A stretch of DNA of 52,968 bases, the filler included, from Catajapyx aquilonaris (Eukaryota), in NCBI GenBank assembly GCA_000934665.2. It is 3 parts of 3 records of this genome, joined end to end, with 100 filler letters (N's around TTAATTAATTAA, not from the genome) between each part and the next. Parts side by side here need not be neighbours in the genome. Positions count along the whole stretch, not along the records: positions 1 to 17,619 come from JYFJ02006918.1; positions 17,720 to 35,309 come from JYFJ02006919.1; 1 more part is not named here. One strand, 5' to 3'. The position numbers were made by a program, and so were the translations under genes. Within the stretch, counting starts at the first letter, position 1, and each line of letters opens with the position of its first letter. This document shows, piece by piece, positions 13,077-34,625 of the stretch. Below the pieces are notes generated by a model, which was not told the DNA's origin, ran no database searches, and saw only the letters and a program-made list of their open reading frames with translations.

Positions 13077-15133
13077 ATGGCGGCGCGCTTTGAGGAGGAA
13101 GGTGCCGTCCATTGCGGTCGTCGCCTCCCGTCGCAGCCGCCGTCGTCGTCGTCGTCGATGGCCGATCAAGGGGAGGAGGAGGAAGAGCCAGCCATCCCGG
13201 ACATACTGCCAGGAGCATGCGGGTCCGAAGGGGAGAGCGCCCTCCTCCCAACAGAGTCCTACCAGTACGAGGAGGAGCCAGAGGAGGATGGACCAAAGGA
13301 AGAGGAAGGGCCGGGCTCAGGAGGCGACGCGGCCAACGGACTGAACGACAACCAAGACAAGGTATGACCACCAAACACACGAGGGGCCAAACTCAAGTGT
13401 TTGAAAAAAGAAAAGGCCTAATATTAGCACGTAATGTCGTGGATAAGGTAGGCTTGAAAATAGAAGAACGCAAAGATAAGGGAAGCGACTCATTGTGTCC
13501 GCAACATTATGTCACAGATGGTCACGTTTCAGGATGAGGACGATCTGTGCAATGAGTTGTCCGAGGCTAAGCTGTCGGAGGCGTCGTCCCCGAGGAAGAG
13601 CAGCGTTCACAGCATCCAGTCGTCGCCTGAACCCGAGGAAGAGGAGTATCTCAACAGTCCCGAGTGGAAGGAAAAAGAGAAGCATGTATTCATTCTAAGC
13701 GAGGCTGGGAAACCAATCTACTCAAGGTGGTTACTTTTAACAAATAAATTATTTACGAAATTCATAAATTCCGCATTTGGCAGGTATGGTAGTGAGGACA
13801 AATTGGTGACGATATTTGGAGTGATGCAAGCTCTGGTGTCGTTTGTGCAGGACAGCAAAGACTCTATTCGCTCCATTCGTGCTGGTGACACCAAGTTTGT
13901 GTTTGTGAGCAAAGGTCCCATTATATTAGTGTCGGTTTGTCGCACCTCGGAGAGTGTCCCTCAGGTGGTGGCGCAGATGAATTACGTGTACAATCAAATA
14001 GTGAGCGTGCTGACGTCGACCCAGCTCAACCAGATCTACAGCAAGAGGCGGAACTACGACCTGAGGAGGTTGCTGTCTGGCTCGGAAAGACTTATCGACC
14101 ACCTGCTGGGGTTCATGGAGCGGGATCCTGCTTTTCTTCTGGGCGCTGTCAAGTGCCTGCCGCTTGCCTCCTCCATCAGGGATGCTGTCGCTCAGGCCAT
14201 TGTTTCCTGCTGCTCAAAAATTAAGGTTGGTGATTGTGTATGTTCATTGCTGGGTGTTATTACTTCAATGCGAAATTCCTGCAGAACCTGGTGTTTGCAA
14301 TCCTGGTTACGGAGAACCAATTGGTGACGCTGGTGAGGATAAAGAAGTGCTTCCTCCACCCGGCTGATCTCCACCTGCTCTTCAACCTGGTGTCCTCCTC
14401 CGAATCATTCAAGTCTGCCGAGAGCTGGACACCCATATGCCTACCAAAGTTTGAACACAAGTGCGCTGCTTCCATTTGCCGCAACAATTCCAAGCGTTAA
14501 CTCCATATTTTTCTCCTGCAGTGGTTTTCTGCATGGTCACGTGTCGTACCTGTCCGAAGACTGTCAAGCCTGCCTCCTGCTGCTGACGGTGGAGCGAGAC
14601 ATATTCTTTTCACTTTCGGAAGCCAAGCAGCGGATCGTGGAGAAGTTGCGGAGGGGAGGGTGCCTGGAAGCCATCAACTCGGCCATGGGTGGAGGCGGGG
14701 ACTACTCCGCCTCGCAGGTCGGAGTTGGGGACGTCAGGCACTTTCTGTACAAGTCCAGGTCCACCGCCCAGTATACGGCACCGTGTCCGCCTCCCATATA
14801 CGTTCCGCCGCAAGGGGAGGAGAGGTCGAGGCTGCTGGCCATGTACCAGCACATGCACCACAGGATACACGCCTCCAGGCCACTCAAGCTGCTCTTCAGG
14901 CAGCAGCACTACGAGACACTACTCGGATGGGTCAGTCCAACTCTCCTCGCCGCCCCTTTCCGCGTTCACTTAAAACTGTTGTACCCTTTCAGGTGACGTC
15001 TGGCTTTGAGCTGTACGTGGTGTTTGAGCCCCTAGTCACAAAAATGGCTGCTATCAACGCTGTGAACAAAATCCTCCGGTGGATGAAGAAGGAAGAGGAC
15101 AGGCTCTTCATTCTGAACGCTCCCACTTTCTGA
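13077..15133 (+). CDS. MON1: Vacuolar fusion protein MON1 (SAND family, Rab7 GEF subunit), about 548 aa
   Basis: Exons 13077-13361, 13533-13726 (alternative in-frame acceptor 13518), 13784-14225, 14285-14460, 14522-14930, 14993-15133. Motifs [65 protein letters not shown]; acidic N-terminus (alternative start near 13158). Confidence 0.96.
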
Positions 15134-15286
15134 CCAGTTGGCCAGACGGAGGCAGAGGCAAAGAAGTTGATTACATTCCAATCTTTTGATTGCATGATTG
15201 AATGAGTGCATGCAGTTGAGTGGAGGGTTATGTGAGATAATAATTATTTGTAGTGTGACCTGATCAGTGTTAATTAACATGTAAAT

Positions 15287-15292
15287 AATAAA
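15287..15292 (+). terminator. Probable MON1 polyadenylation signal AATAAA
   Basis: AATAAA about 150 nt after the stop codon in an AT-rich 3'UTR. Confidence 0.45.
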
Positions 15293-16562
15293 ATAATACA
15301 CAATTATGGGAATTAAAATTATTGTTAAGTACAGGAGATCAATTTCAGGCAACTCGTGAAACTGGAACAAATTTGGGCACAGTCAGAGAAATTAAGACTG
15401 GCGCAACTTGTAAGTTCAAGTTATTTTTTGACTCGCATGATAAACGTATGATAACTCATTTCTAATTATTACACACTGTTGCTTATCTGTAAATGACCTT
15501 GTTAGGCATTTCATAAGATGAATGGTCCCTCTGTGACCTCAGTGACATGCCCTTTTCACCTCCAGACTTGAGTCCAGGAACTTTGATTGCTTCTTGTTGC
15601 TGAGATTAAGTCCGAGGCTGCTTTTTCAGGCGGATATATATACAGTAACTGCGACTGGTGTGGGCATATTCCAGTTGGCTTCGTTAGTCGGCCAGATTGG
15701 TGGCCAAACTCTGGTTCCAACAGTACTCGCATGTGCTGCAACTCGATGGCAGGTGCACCGCAATCACAGGCGTGGATGAGCTGGTCGTGAACTGCTTGAT
15801 GACCATGGGTGGAATGCACTGACCACTGTCTTGACTACCAGTGGGATGATCTGACTGTCTTCGACTCCATTCGTCATTGGAACCATGCTGGACTTTCCTC
15901 CTCTGCAGAAGAACGGCAGGAGCAGCCATTTAAAACCAACTTCGTCACGGGTAAGTCAATGAAGATTGAAGTGCAGTCGACACAGAAAGTGACCGATTCG
16001 CATGATTAAATGGTACGTAGCTTCACTACAGTCGTGTCGATAAGCTGCCACATTGCAAAATACAGCGTATATCCATACTGGTTAAAATCTCGCTCCTTTT
16101 CACATGATCCTTTCACTTACGGTAATGAGTGTTGTATATTTAATGTACGTGTTAAGGGAACATGTAATTGCGCACCAAATTGTCAGGTGACGAAGGGAAC
16201 ATATTTTGAACAACTGAAACTGCTATTTGAGTGTAGTCCATCGGTATGAGGCTAGACTTTAGTTAATGAAGGTTATTTTATCCCTCCAAGGAGAGATTGC
16301 GTCTTGGCTGACAGACCGGCAAGGTCAGAGACTATCAGGCCCTCAAACTTATGGCCTTCCCGATAGGAAGGATGCTGCCATGTCAGAGGTCACGGACAAA
16401 GTAGCTGTCCTCTTATTAAAGCTTACCAATGGCGCTGTACTAGGTTGCCTGAAGTTTATTCGTCAGGGCTGTCAATGTTGGGGACATGATGGTTACGGAA
16501 CCATATCCATATTACAATGATAGGTCTTTTTTGTTGAGTCTCCATTTTAATACTATGACATC

Positions 16563-17510
16563 TTATAAGAATGTAAGTCCAGTTGACTCGATGATGAACT
16601 GTTCCGATTTGTTTGGTAGGTAAGGCGAGAAATCAACCTGCAAATTCCTCACACTCGAGTCGTTAATGGTTTGGCTAGTACGTGTTAGGATAAGTCTGGT
16701 TGTAATCAGGTTGGACCATACGAGACCCAAGGACGGATTGCTTGCGGATATTTGGTTGATGCATACGACAGCAGTTCCAAGGTTTCGCAGTGACGACGAC
16801 ACTGCCTTCAAACTGTTGGAGCGCTGAGTCACACAATCCGATTCGTACTCCGCACGGAAGACTGCCGCCACCGAGTCAACTACAACCAGTTGCAAGTCAG
16901 GTCGTAATTTCTTCAGCGCTGGAAGACGGTTCGTGAGGCAGAACATGAGCGACTCTACGTCTGCAGCATGCTCGACGTACATGTTGTCGCTCAGACGTGC
17001 CGTGTCGCCATTGAGAAGCTGCATGAGTCGCTTGGACGGAAAAGCGTCTTCGGTGCACACGTAAGCGACGGCCCCGGTCTTGAGCATGGGGAGGCTAACC
17101 TGCAGGCAGACCTGAGTCTTTCCCGTCCCGCTCTCACCCACCACCTCCACAATCCCCTGCGTGGGGATTCCGCCTCCCAACAGCCGGTCCAGGGCGGTGA
17201 GGCCCGTTGTGAGCCACTGCGTCGCCCAGGGTCCATCGCGCAGGGCGGAGAAGGTGACCAGGTCGTGGGTCAGGTGGCTGCGGGAGATCTGTCGCTTGGC
17301 ATGGGTCACAATGTGCTTGGGCAGGCGGGTCAGGGACATCAGGTCAGTGGTCGGCAGGCGAAGGACGGACTCCACCTTGGTCAGCCCAGCTGTGATGGGC
17401 AGGATATTATTATTAATTATTAATAAAATAAATTGCGCGCTAATTAATAAGCAAGCCAGACCCTTTCTGAAGGCTTGCTGGACACGGGTCTCCAGGCCCC
17501 AGGAGTCCAT
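16563..17510 (-). CDS. XRCC3: DNA repair protein XRCC3 (RAD51 paralog), about 291 aa
   Basis: Exons complement(17462-17510, 16563-17389) with a 72-nt intron. TTGLTALDRLLGGGIP; Walker A GESGTGKT; XRCC3-typical YVCTEDAFPSKRL; Walker B LVVVDSVAAVFRAEY; PSLGLVWSN. Confidence 0.92.
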   Translation of the reverse strand: MDSWGLETRVQQAFRKGLACLLISAQFILLIINNNILPITAGLTKVESVLRLPTTDLMSLTRLPKHIVTHAKRQISRSHLTHDLVTFSALRDGPWATQWLTTGLTALDRLLGGGIPTQGIVEVVGESGTGKTQVCLQVSLPMLKTGAVAYVCTEDAFPSKRLMQLLNGDTARLSDNMYVEHAADVESLMFCLTNRLPALKKLRPDLQLVVVDSVAAVFRAEYESDCVTQRSNSLKAVSSSLRNLGTAVVCINQISASNPSLGLVWSNLITTRLILTRTSQTINDSSVRNLQVDFSPYLPNKSEQFIIESTGLTFL

Positions 17511-17619
17511 CGTTCGTCGGATGCGGAGACGGGATATGTGTCAGACTAAACAAGAGATAGGGCAAATCTCCGCTAGTGCGGCCTTGCTACCACCAGAGTG
17601 CAGGTGGCTGAAGCCGATA

Positions 17620-17719
17620 NNNNNNNNNNNNNNNNNNNNNNNNNNNNNNNNNNNNNNNNNNNNTTAATTAATTAANNNNNNNNNNNNNNNNNNNNNNNNN
17701 NNNNNNNNNNNNNNNNNNN
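17620..17719. other. Assembly gap with synthetic TTAATTAATTAA linker
   Basis: 100-nt N run with a central six-frame-stop spacer, identical in layout to 35310-35409. Confidence 0.95.
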
Positions 17720-18227
17720 TAAACCTAAAACTTTTTGTCACAGAACATTTACATTTTCCACTCATTTTGAGCCTATGAATATGCTGACTGCCAGCGAACC
17801 AACTACTAAGAAACACCAATCAATCAATCAATCAATATAATGACATAAATGAGTCCCTGTGGTTGCAGAGAAAACAGAACTCATCACTTGACCATCTGAT
17901 TTTGTATCCATTCGCCCAGATATAGGGGGCATTTACCTTTAGATCTATTAGCATTTGAGTTAATTGTATTGGAAGATGAGTATTCAAATAGGCCTGTCCC
18001 ATATAGAAGGACTTAAATCAAAATACTGTAACACAAGGAGGATGCCAAGTGCATCATATCCATTTGAACTGAGTTGTTAATAAACAGTCACCAATTCTAT
18101 CAGTTTGATATCATTACCATTCAATGAATTGTAATAATCCCATGATATTCCCATTAATTTCAAACATGTCCCAACCCATGCTAACCATTAGTGTCCCCCT
18201 CCTTTGGAAAATGTTCCTTGGCATACA

Positions 18228-18509
18228 TGTTCAGTGGGGCTTAACGTCGGCCTATTTCTGCCTCTAAGGCTCAACACCGATGCCAGGGGGTGGTCCTCCT
18301 CCTGGAAATTTGTCCACTCGGGGATCTTTAACATGCACTCGTGCAATGCCACAAGCACACAGGACTGACGGCTTTACTTCCCCTCCGAAGGAAGACGCAC
18401 TCTCACTTTTCTACCACCCGGAGAAAAGTCACCGACCTCGGCCTGGTTCGAACCCACAACCTTGGGACCAGAGGCGAGCGCGCTAACCACTAGTCCACCA
18501 GGGCCGGCT
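18228..18509 (-). mobile_element. tRNA-derived SINE with 14-bp TSD
   Basis: Minus-strand head with A box (TGGTGGACTAGTGG) and B box (GGTTCGAACC); direct repeat ttccttggcataca at 18214-18227 and 18510-18523. Confidence 0.85.
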
Positions 18510-19414
18510 TTCCTTGGCATACAGTCATACACCAACACCAGCCTAACCAGAGTACTGTGCTATAATGGTGATGTTTTAATATCACTCTTATGCCCACCTG
18601 CACTGAAAAACATGTGTCAAGCAAGATATCCAATAGGGGAAGTAGCTGCTTTGAGTAAGTAGACCGAAGTAGACAGTACAAATTATCAAAGTTAATGTAA
18701 TTTATTTATCATCACATTTAAGCATGAACACAATCTCATAGGGTCATTTCACATCAAATATTTAAAAATAGTTTATGACCCAACCTCCTCAGACTGACCG
18801 TGAGATCAATATGTGTATGTAGAAAGGTGTAATGGGTTGCAATATGTTAAAATATTACTTTAATCACTCCACCCATGGCCACACAGGTCACTGAATATTT
18901 GACCAGTGTACAGTTTTTTGAATGCAATTTGCAACATTTTGCTTCATAACTTTTGAACTTATGGTACATCAATATAAATGGTAGGTTGAAAATCTATTTC
19001 TTGAAAATATCTGTAGCCCTATCATATTACTATAGCATTGTACTTCATTCTTAAACTAGAATAATATCAATGTTAAAATCTGTTGTCATGTGACATTTGA
19101 CCTTCATGTTCACCAGAGTAAATCTGAAACTCTTATCAAATTTAGTACTCCAGATGAGCACAAAAGTAGCTGTTATTTCTGACAAAAATCATCACTGCGT
19201 TTAAGAATCTATCTTTGAGAAAATTAAGGTCAAAAGTCACAGGACGACACATTTCAACATTGTTATTATTCTAGTTAACAGTCAAAGTACAATATGACAG
19301 GGCTGAAGAAGAGCTGTTCAACAATTCATTTTTTAAATAAAAATACCTCATGATAGGGCCAGGAGCCTTCTTAGGGGGGAAGGAAGATTCCCAAGGGAGG
19401 GCAGTGTAATTAGT

Positions 19415-19612
19415 TTCTAGTCATTTCTGACTTTCTTATATACCAGACCTTTCCTCCTGGCCCTGGGCAGAGAAGGGAGTGCGAATCTGTCCGGACATGT
19501 CGGGTGAAAAGCGGAAAAAGACCAGACCAAGCAGAGGTGACGGGGACAGGATTTGAACCCCGGACCTCCCGCTTGGCTGGCCAGTAGCATAGCCACTAGA
19601 CCACCATGCCCC
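19415..19612 (-). mobile_element. tRNA-derived SINE (second copy about 44810-44962)
   Basis: Head ggtggtctagtggct...ggttcaaatcc; body ccagacctttcctcctggccctgg...gtcgggtgaaaagc recurs at about 44810-44960. Confidence 0.7.
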
Positions 19613-19696
19613 CTTCAACAATTCATTTAGGCCTATATCCAAGTAGAATAAAAAGTTTTAAAGGTATGAAGCAAAATGCTCAATATTGTGTCCACA

Positions 19697-20108
19697 AGGG
19701 GTCGTGCAAATACCACGTGACCGTTTTGGGGGGAGGGTCTGCTGATATACCACGGTTGGTCACGGTGGTCGAGGGGGGGGGGGGGGGTGGGCGACAGTTC
19801 ATGTGGTATCTCTGAACACGGTGAATGGGCACATATGGGAGCTTTTACAGACGCACATGGGTTCAAAATAATGTAAAATTCGAAATCAATGACCCCGAAA
19901 ACATGCGGAGACATGTTTTTAACGTGCTTAAACAGTTTAGTTGAGGATCTATCATTTTGGAACGCGTTTTTTCTGATAACATTGACCTTTAAAAAAACCA
20001 CGTGAAAAGGGGGGGAGGGGTTCCAATGGATACCACGGTTGGTCACTGGGGGGGAGGGGTGGTCAAAAAGTGTCCTAAAATCAGTCACATGGCAATTGCA
20101 CAACCCCT
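19697..20108. mobile_element. MITE with TIR AGGGGTCGTGCAAATACCACGTGACC (PIF/Harbinger-like)
   Basis: Imperfect TIRs; a near-identical copy in the opposite orientation lies at 50606-51019. Confidence 0.8.
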
Positions 20109-20513
20109 AATGTTCTCTGCATGTCCTAAATATCCAGTGGCCACCCATATGATCATGGGTGGAGTCATTCACATAACATTCAGCCAGGTGTTGCAAACCT
20201 GTAACACCTTGTGTATGAAGGATCTCTTCTAAGAGTTTTTTTCTCCGACCACCACATTTTAAATGGGAAGTTGTTAGTTACATGTCACAAAAAAAAAGTG
20301 AACCCCAGTTTTGTTCTAGCTATTCAGGGTTTGAGAAGAACTTCCTTTCAAACTCCCAATTTTGCAATTTTTGCACTCTCAAATCATAAGAAGCACAAGG
20401 ATAATTTGATTATTTTTATTTACCAAATAGTGATTTTTCAAGATGCCAATTACACTAGCACTAGGAAATGCTGTGATAGTGTTTAACAGTGGTGGTCTGG
20501 AACTGAACCTGCT

Positions 20514-30711
<10,198 letters not shown>

Positions 30712-30773
30712 TGGCCCTCTGACGAGGAGGCAGCGTACTGTATGTATCTGTGTGTGGTTTGTACTGGGTTTGT

Positions 30774-30843
30774 ATGAACTGGTTCTGCCATCAGGCGGCG
30801 AGGATCAAAATCTCGTATAGTTGCCCCACTTTCCGTTCTTTCG
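30774..30843 (+). CDS. Possible first coding exon of a gene head-to-head with REXO2 (MNWFCHQAARIKISYSCPTFRSF)
   Basis: ATG followed by 70 nt and a strong G|GTAAG donor; basic/hydroxylated peptide with no acidic residues; possible next exon 31133-31168 (tcttgcag| ... |gtgagt). Confidence 0.3.
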
Positions 30844-32351
30844 GTAAGGTGAGGGAAATTCAAATTCATCAGGGCCAGTGGGACCTTCAGAAATGAGCTA
30901 ACTTACAAAAAGGAAAATTATGTGACAAAATTATGAAATAACAGACGTTTTCTATGATAAGGGTTATTATTTTGATTGAACCTTATTCAATGCAATACTG
31001 GTATACATACAGTATTTACCAAGTGCAATAAAAACCTCCGAATAGGTGACTATTTTCTGGTAGGCCTACGTTCCTTGAAGAATTTGACCGTCGATATTGC
31101 TGATTATTTTCAATTCTGATCTTATCTTGCAGTTGTGCAAGTGTATTATGCGTGCCTTTCGGTACACAGTGAGTCTCCGCTATCCGCCGGTTTGAAATAT
31201 ATTAAACCACAAACTACAATGATGTAGTGGTGGCTGTATTATATGTGGTACACCAATTAATCTAAACAAATCCAGTGTGCTCTTGAAGAACACCGGGTTT
31301 AACCCCTCTCAGAATCGATTTAAACTTCATTAGAAATTCTCAAAACTTAAATAAAAAATTGAGCTTGATTATAGACACGTAGATCTATCCAAATGTTATA
31401 ATTGATGGCATTTCTGTTGGTAGCGTAACCAACAAGGGAGACAGAAATCAACAATAACTGGTAGTTGACTGGTTGCTAAGGTAAACAGCCATAGGATTTA
31501 CACCGAGATTTACACGAATATTGTGAGCTCCGAAGTATTTTGATATTACCCTTGGTTCCACCTGCCCCGGACCTGGCATAGAAGACGTGCCTGGTGGTAG
31601 ATGAGCTGGTGCATACAAAGAGCCTCGAAGTCGCCGCTTCCAAGGCCTGTCTGAGTCATACGGTGAGGTTGTGTTTTGAGGGATTTCGATTTTCGGTTCT
31701 TTTGCTAGGTTGCTAGGGGCCGATTGTTTTAGCAACCACATGTTTCTCAAATTGATATTATTTGGCTCCCTGCTGGTGGTGGTTTTCCGTTGGATAATGT
31801 TGATACGAGCCATTTAGGTATAATGACTTGTGCGGTGTGTAGATTTAGGTCTTGGCCCAATTACCGGTATTTAAAAATATATACATTCTACGTACCGGTA
31901 TCTAAGGTAAACTACAGGGTGACCATAAAGTCTGAAGCACAGCAGGTTCAGTTGGCTGGAGTTGGATGTGGAACTGCTGCCGTGGTTGGTTCCCGCCAGG
32001 ATCCGCCCACTTATGCTCAGATACTTGGGGTTTGCCAGCAGAAAGTGACCTAGGTTGTGACCCACACAGAGTAATTATTAGTTCACCATGAAAGTAAAAC
32101 CAGTCAAGATATGGAAAAGAGGAAAGGGAGACTGGGACCATAATTCTAGGGTCACGACTGAGGCCAGGGCAAAGAAATTTTATCATGGAAAAACTGTCAC
32201 TATTATGTCGCTTCATGCCTCGGTGTCTATTAGTTCTATAATCATGGCTCATGGTGTGTCAATCGAATCTAAATGATTAATGGATTATAAAGCATATTTT
32301 TGAAGAAATAAAACTGACAAATCAGGGATGTCCTCGACACGTCGCCTCGAC

Positions 32352-32412
<61 letters not shown>
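32352..32412. repeat. (TAA)n microsatellite
   Basis: Seen directly. Confidence 0.95.
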
Positions 32413-32413
<1 letters not shown>

Positions 32414-32828
32414 TGGTTACACGGCATTGATGAACCGCTTGGGCAACATCACCTCCGTGTTGTAGAGTGTACACTACACACACATACTGTTCACAGTTAC
32501 TGTCAACATCAAGGGGGTAACCATCACTGGACTGAAAAGTGTACACTGGAGTACCTAATTCAAGGAGTACCAAGGAGTACCAAAAAGTAAAGTACCTATA
32601 AGGAGTACCTGGGAGTACCACTTGCATGTGTACACCGGAGTACCGAAGTGATTACCCCCTTGGTCAACATTCACTATAACCAGGCAACCCCCCCTTTGTT
32701 GACATTTTCTTTCCTCATTAGAACTGCGCTTGCTTCAAACACATCTAACTCATCGCAGTCCCTTATTGCGGAAGACCACATTTTGACTAGTCCTGTGATT
32801 TGAGAGAGGCTGTTGAGCAGAGAAGGAG

Positions 32829-33890
32829 ATGAACGGCTTCGGGTTGTTTCGGTATCAGGAGAAGGAGATGATGGCGTTGGAGGGAGTTCGTCGGTCCTCT
32901 TGGGAGACGAAGATTGGGAAAGAGGCGGAGGAGGAAGTGAAGAAGAGCTGGCGAGGGCTGGGGGACGAGGAAAGGAAGATGTGGGAAAAGGAGGCCCGAC
33001 GAAGGACTTGGGAGGGGAGGAGGCAGAGGGCTTTCTGGGAAGTCAGCAGGGTCCTCGGAGTTGATGGGCGGATCACCCTGGACCAAAGGGGATTCGTCCT
33101 CTTCTACGCTCAAGAGCGGGAGGTAAGCTCACCTGTCCCATTTGGCGTCCACTTTGTCTAATGTCCCGTGTGAATTCAGACCATTGCGTCCGAGACAACG
33201 AGCAGCGACCAAGAGGAGTGGGTGGCTGTGGCCAAGGTCAGGTGGGACAAGCTCCCTCCGGTTGCTGCTCAGAAGTACAGGAAAGCGGCGTGGAAACACC
33301 GGGAGTACTTTGTGATTCCAACAGGTCAGTCTGGGGTAAGTGTCGCTTGACGGTTGTTTGTAGTGAGAGACAATGCATGTCGCCTCTTCCAGGTGCTGTA
33401 CCAGCAACTGTGCAGCGAAGGGGCGTTTGATTGGCTGGATGTACCCGCAGCAAAGAAGATCGTCAGGCTCGATACAAAACCTGAGGTGCAAAAGAAGCTT
33501 CGTAAGGTTGTTGCTACTGTCCACCAGCCAGGAAGAAAGAAACAAAAAGTCATCAGGAGGTGTCCGCGAAGGAAGGTGCCCATCAAGATGCCGAAGACCA
33601 AGCCCACAGGCCGAAAGAGCATCAGGAGTGACTCCAAGCTGAAGGTACCACCACCTACGTACCAGGAGGACTCTTCATCCGATAACCTGGAGACGTACAT
33701 GGAGGCCAGCGTTGCTGATGCCACACCAACCGTAGAGCACGATGACCACCTGCTGGAGCCAGAAGACGCACCCACCTCCCAGGATAAGGACCCTGATGAG
33801 TGTCTCGATGAGGACACTGATGAGTGGCTGGCTGAGGACACTGATGAGTGGCTGGATGAGGACAATTCCTCATCAGAGCCGGAGAAGTAA
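32829..33890 (+). CDS. Divergent tandem HMG-box protein with basic region and acidic tail, about 315 aa
   Basis: Exons 32829-33122, 33180-33335, 33393-33890; two phase-0 57-nt GTAAG..CAG introns; uninterrupted frame. Box 1 MNGFGLF...KKSWRGLGDEERKMWEKEA; box 2 RGFVLFYAQERE|TIASE...AKVRWDKLPPVAAQKYRKAA...REYF; tail with DEDTDEWL-type repeats. Confidence 0.75.
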
Positions 33891-34311
33891 AGGATCGAGT
33901 TGAGGATGATGGAGAAGGCGAAGAGGATGAGGGGAAAGAATGCCAGTAAGAAGAAGGAGGGGTGGTTGAGGACGTAGACTATCTTCCATATTATTAGAAG
34001 TGGAGGCGAGGAGTGCTGAGAAAAAAAATATGGCTCGAGACGCTCTGTATACTTTGTACTACTTGATACAGATAATGAATCTATTCAACTCTTTAAAGAA
34101 ATAATTAAAACATGCGTTTCGAAGGAAATATTTATATTGATAAAATTGATACTTTACTTCCTAACCAGGGGTGCCTGCACCCCCAGGGGATGTGAAATGA
34201 CCCCCCCTGGTAGTGCGGAGCAAGGTACCCAATTCCTTGTCTTACTATGGACATGGTAATTGATTTGGCCTAAAGCCCACCTCACAGCTAATAGTTCCGG
34301 GAAAGTAACAG

Positions 34312-34625
34312 CATCATCAAATGTTAAGTATTTCAACCATTTCCCAAACAACAATAGGGCGATTTATTTCCAGCATCTACATGGCATAGTAGGAAACAGG
34401 AAACTGCCACAACGAGTTACGGGCGTCTTCTAAACCAGCTATCCCGACACGAAATTGGCGCCCTGACGTTTAAGTTTAGCCCAGGAAAGCGTTCTGGCCT
34501 TTTTAAAAAGAGAATTTTGGGGTCTGGCCGTCCATTCTGCAGAATGGATGGTTTGACATGGAGCATTCTGCAGAATGGGCGGTTTTTTCGCCCAATGGCC
34601 GTTTTAGGGGGTTTGACCCTAACAT
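34312..34625 (+). repeat. Dispersed repeat, second copy at about 44431-44725
   Basis: atcatcaaatgttaagtatttcaaccattt...cccgacacgaaattggcg...caggaaagcgttctggccttt...cccaatggccgtttt shared by both copies. Confidence 0.85.

Noticed and set aside
15556..16520. Possible LINE reverse transcriptase remnants (CDCGAP..QH, SWLTDRQ)
   Set aside because: Only isolated short motifs on opposite strands; no RT core recognisable.
32548..32644. CRISPR-like array
   Set aside because: 8-bp repeats with 2-20 nt spacers, no cas genes, eukaryotic context.
33129..33865. Minus-strand ORFs over the HMG gene
   Set aside because: Ser-rich antisense frames; splice signals and domain pattern support the plus strand.
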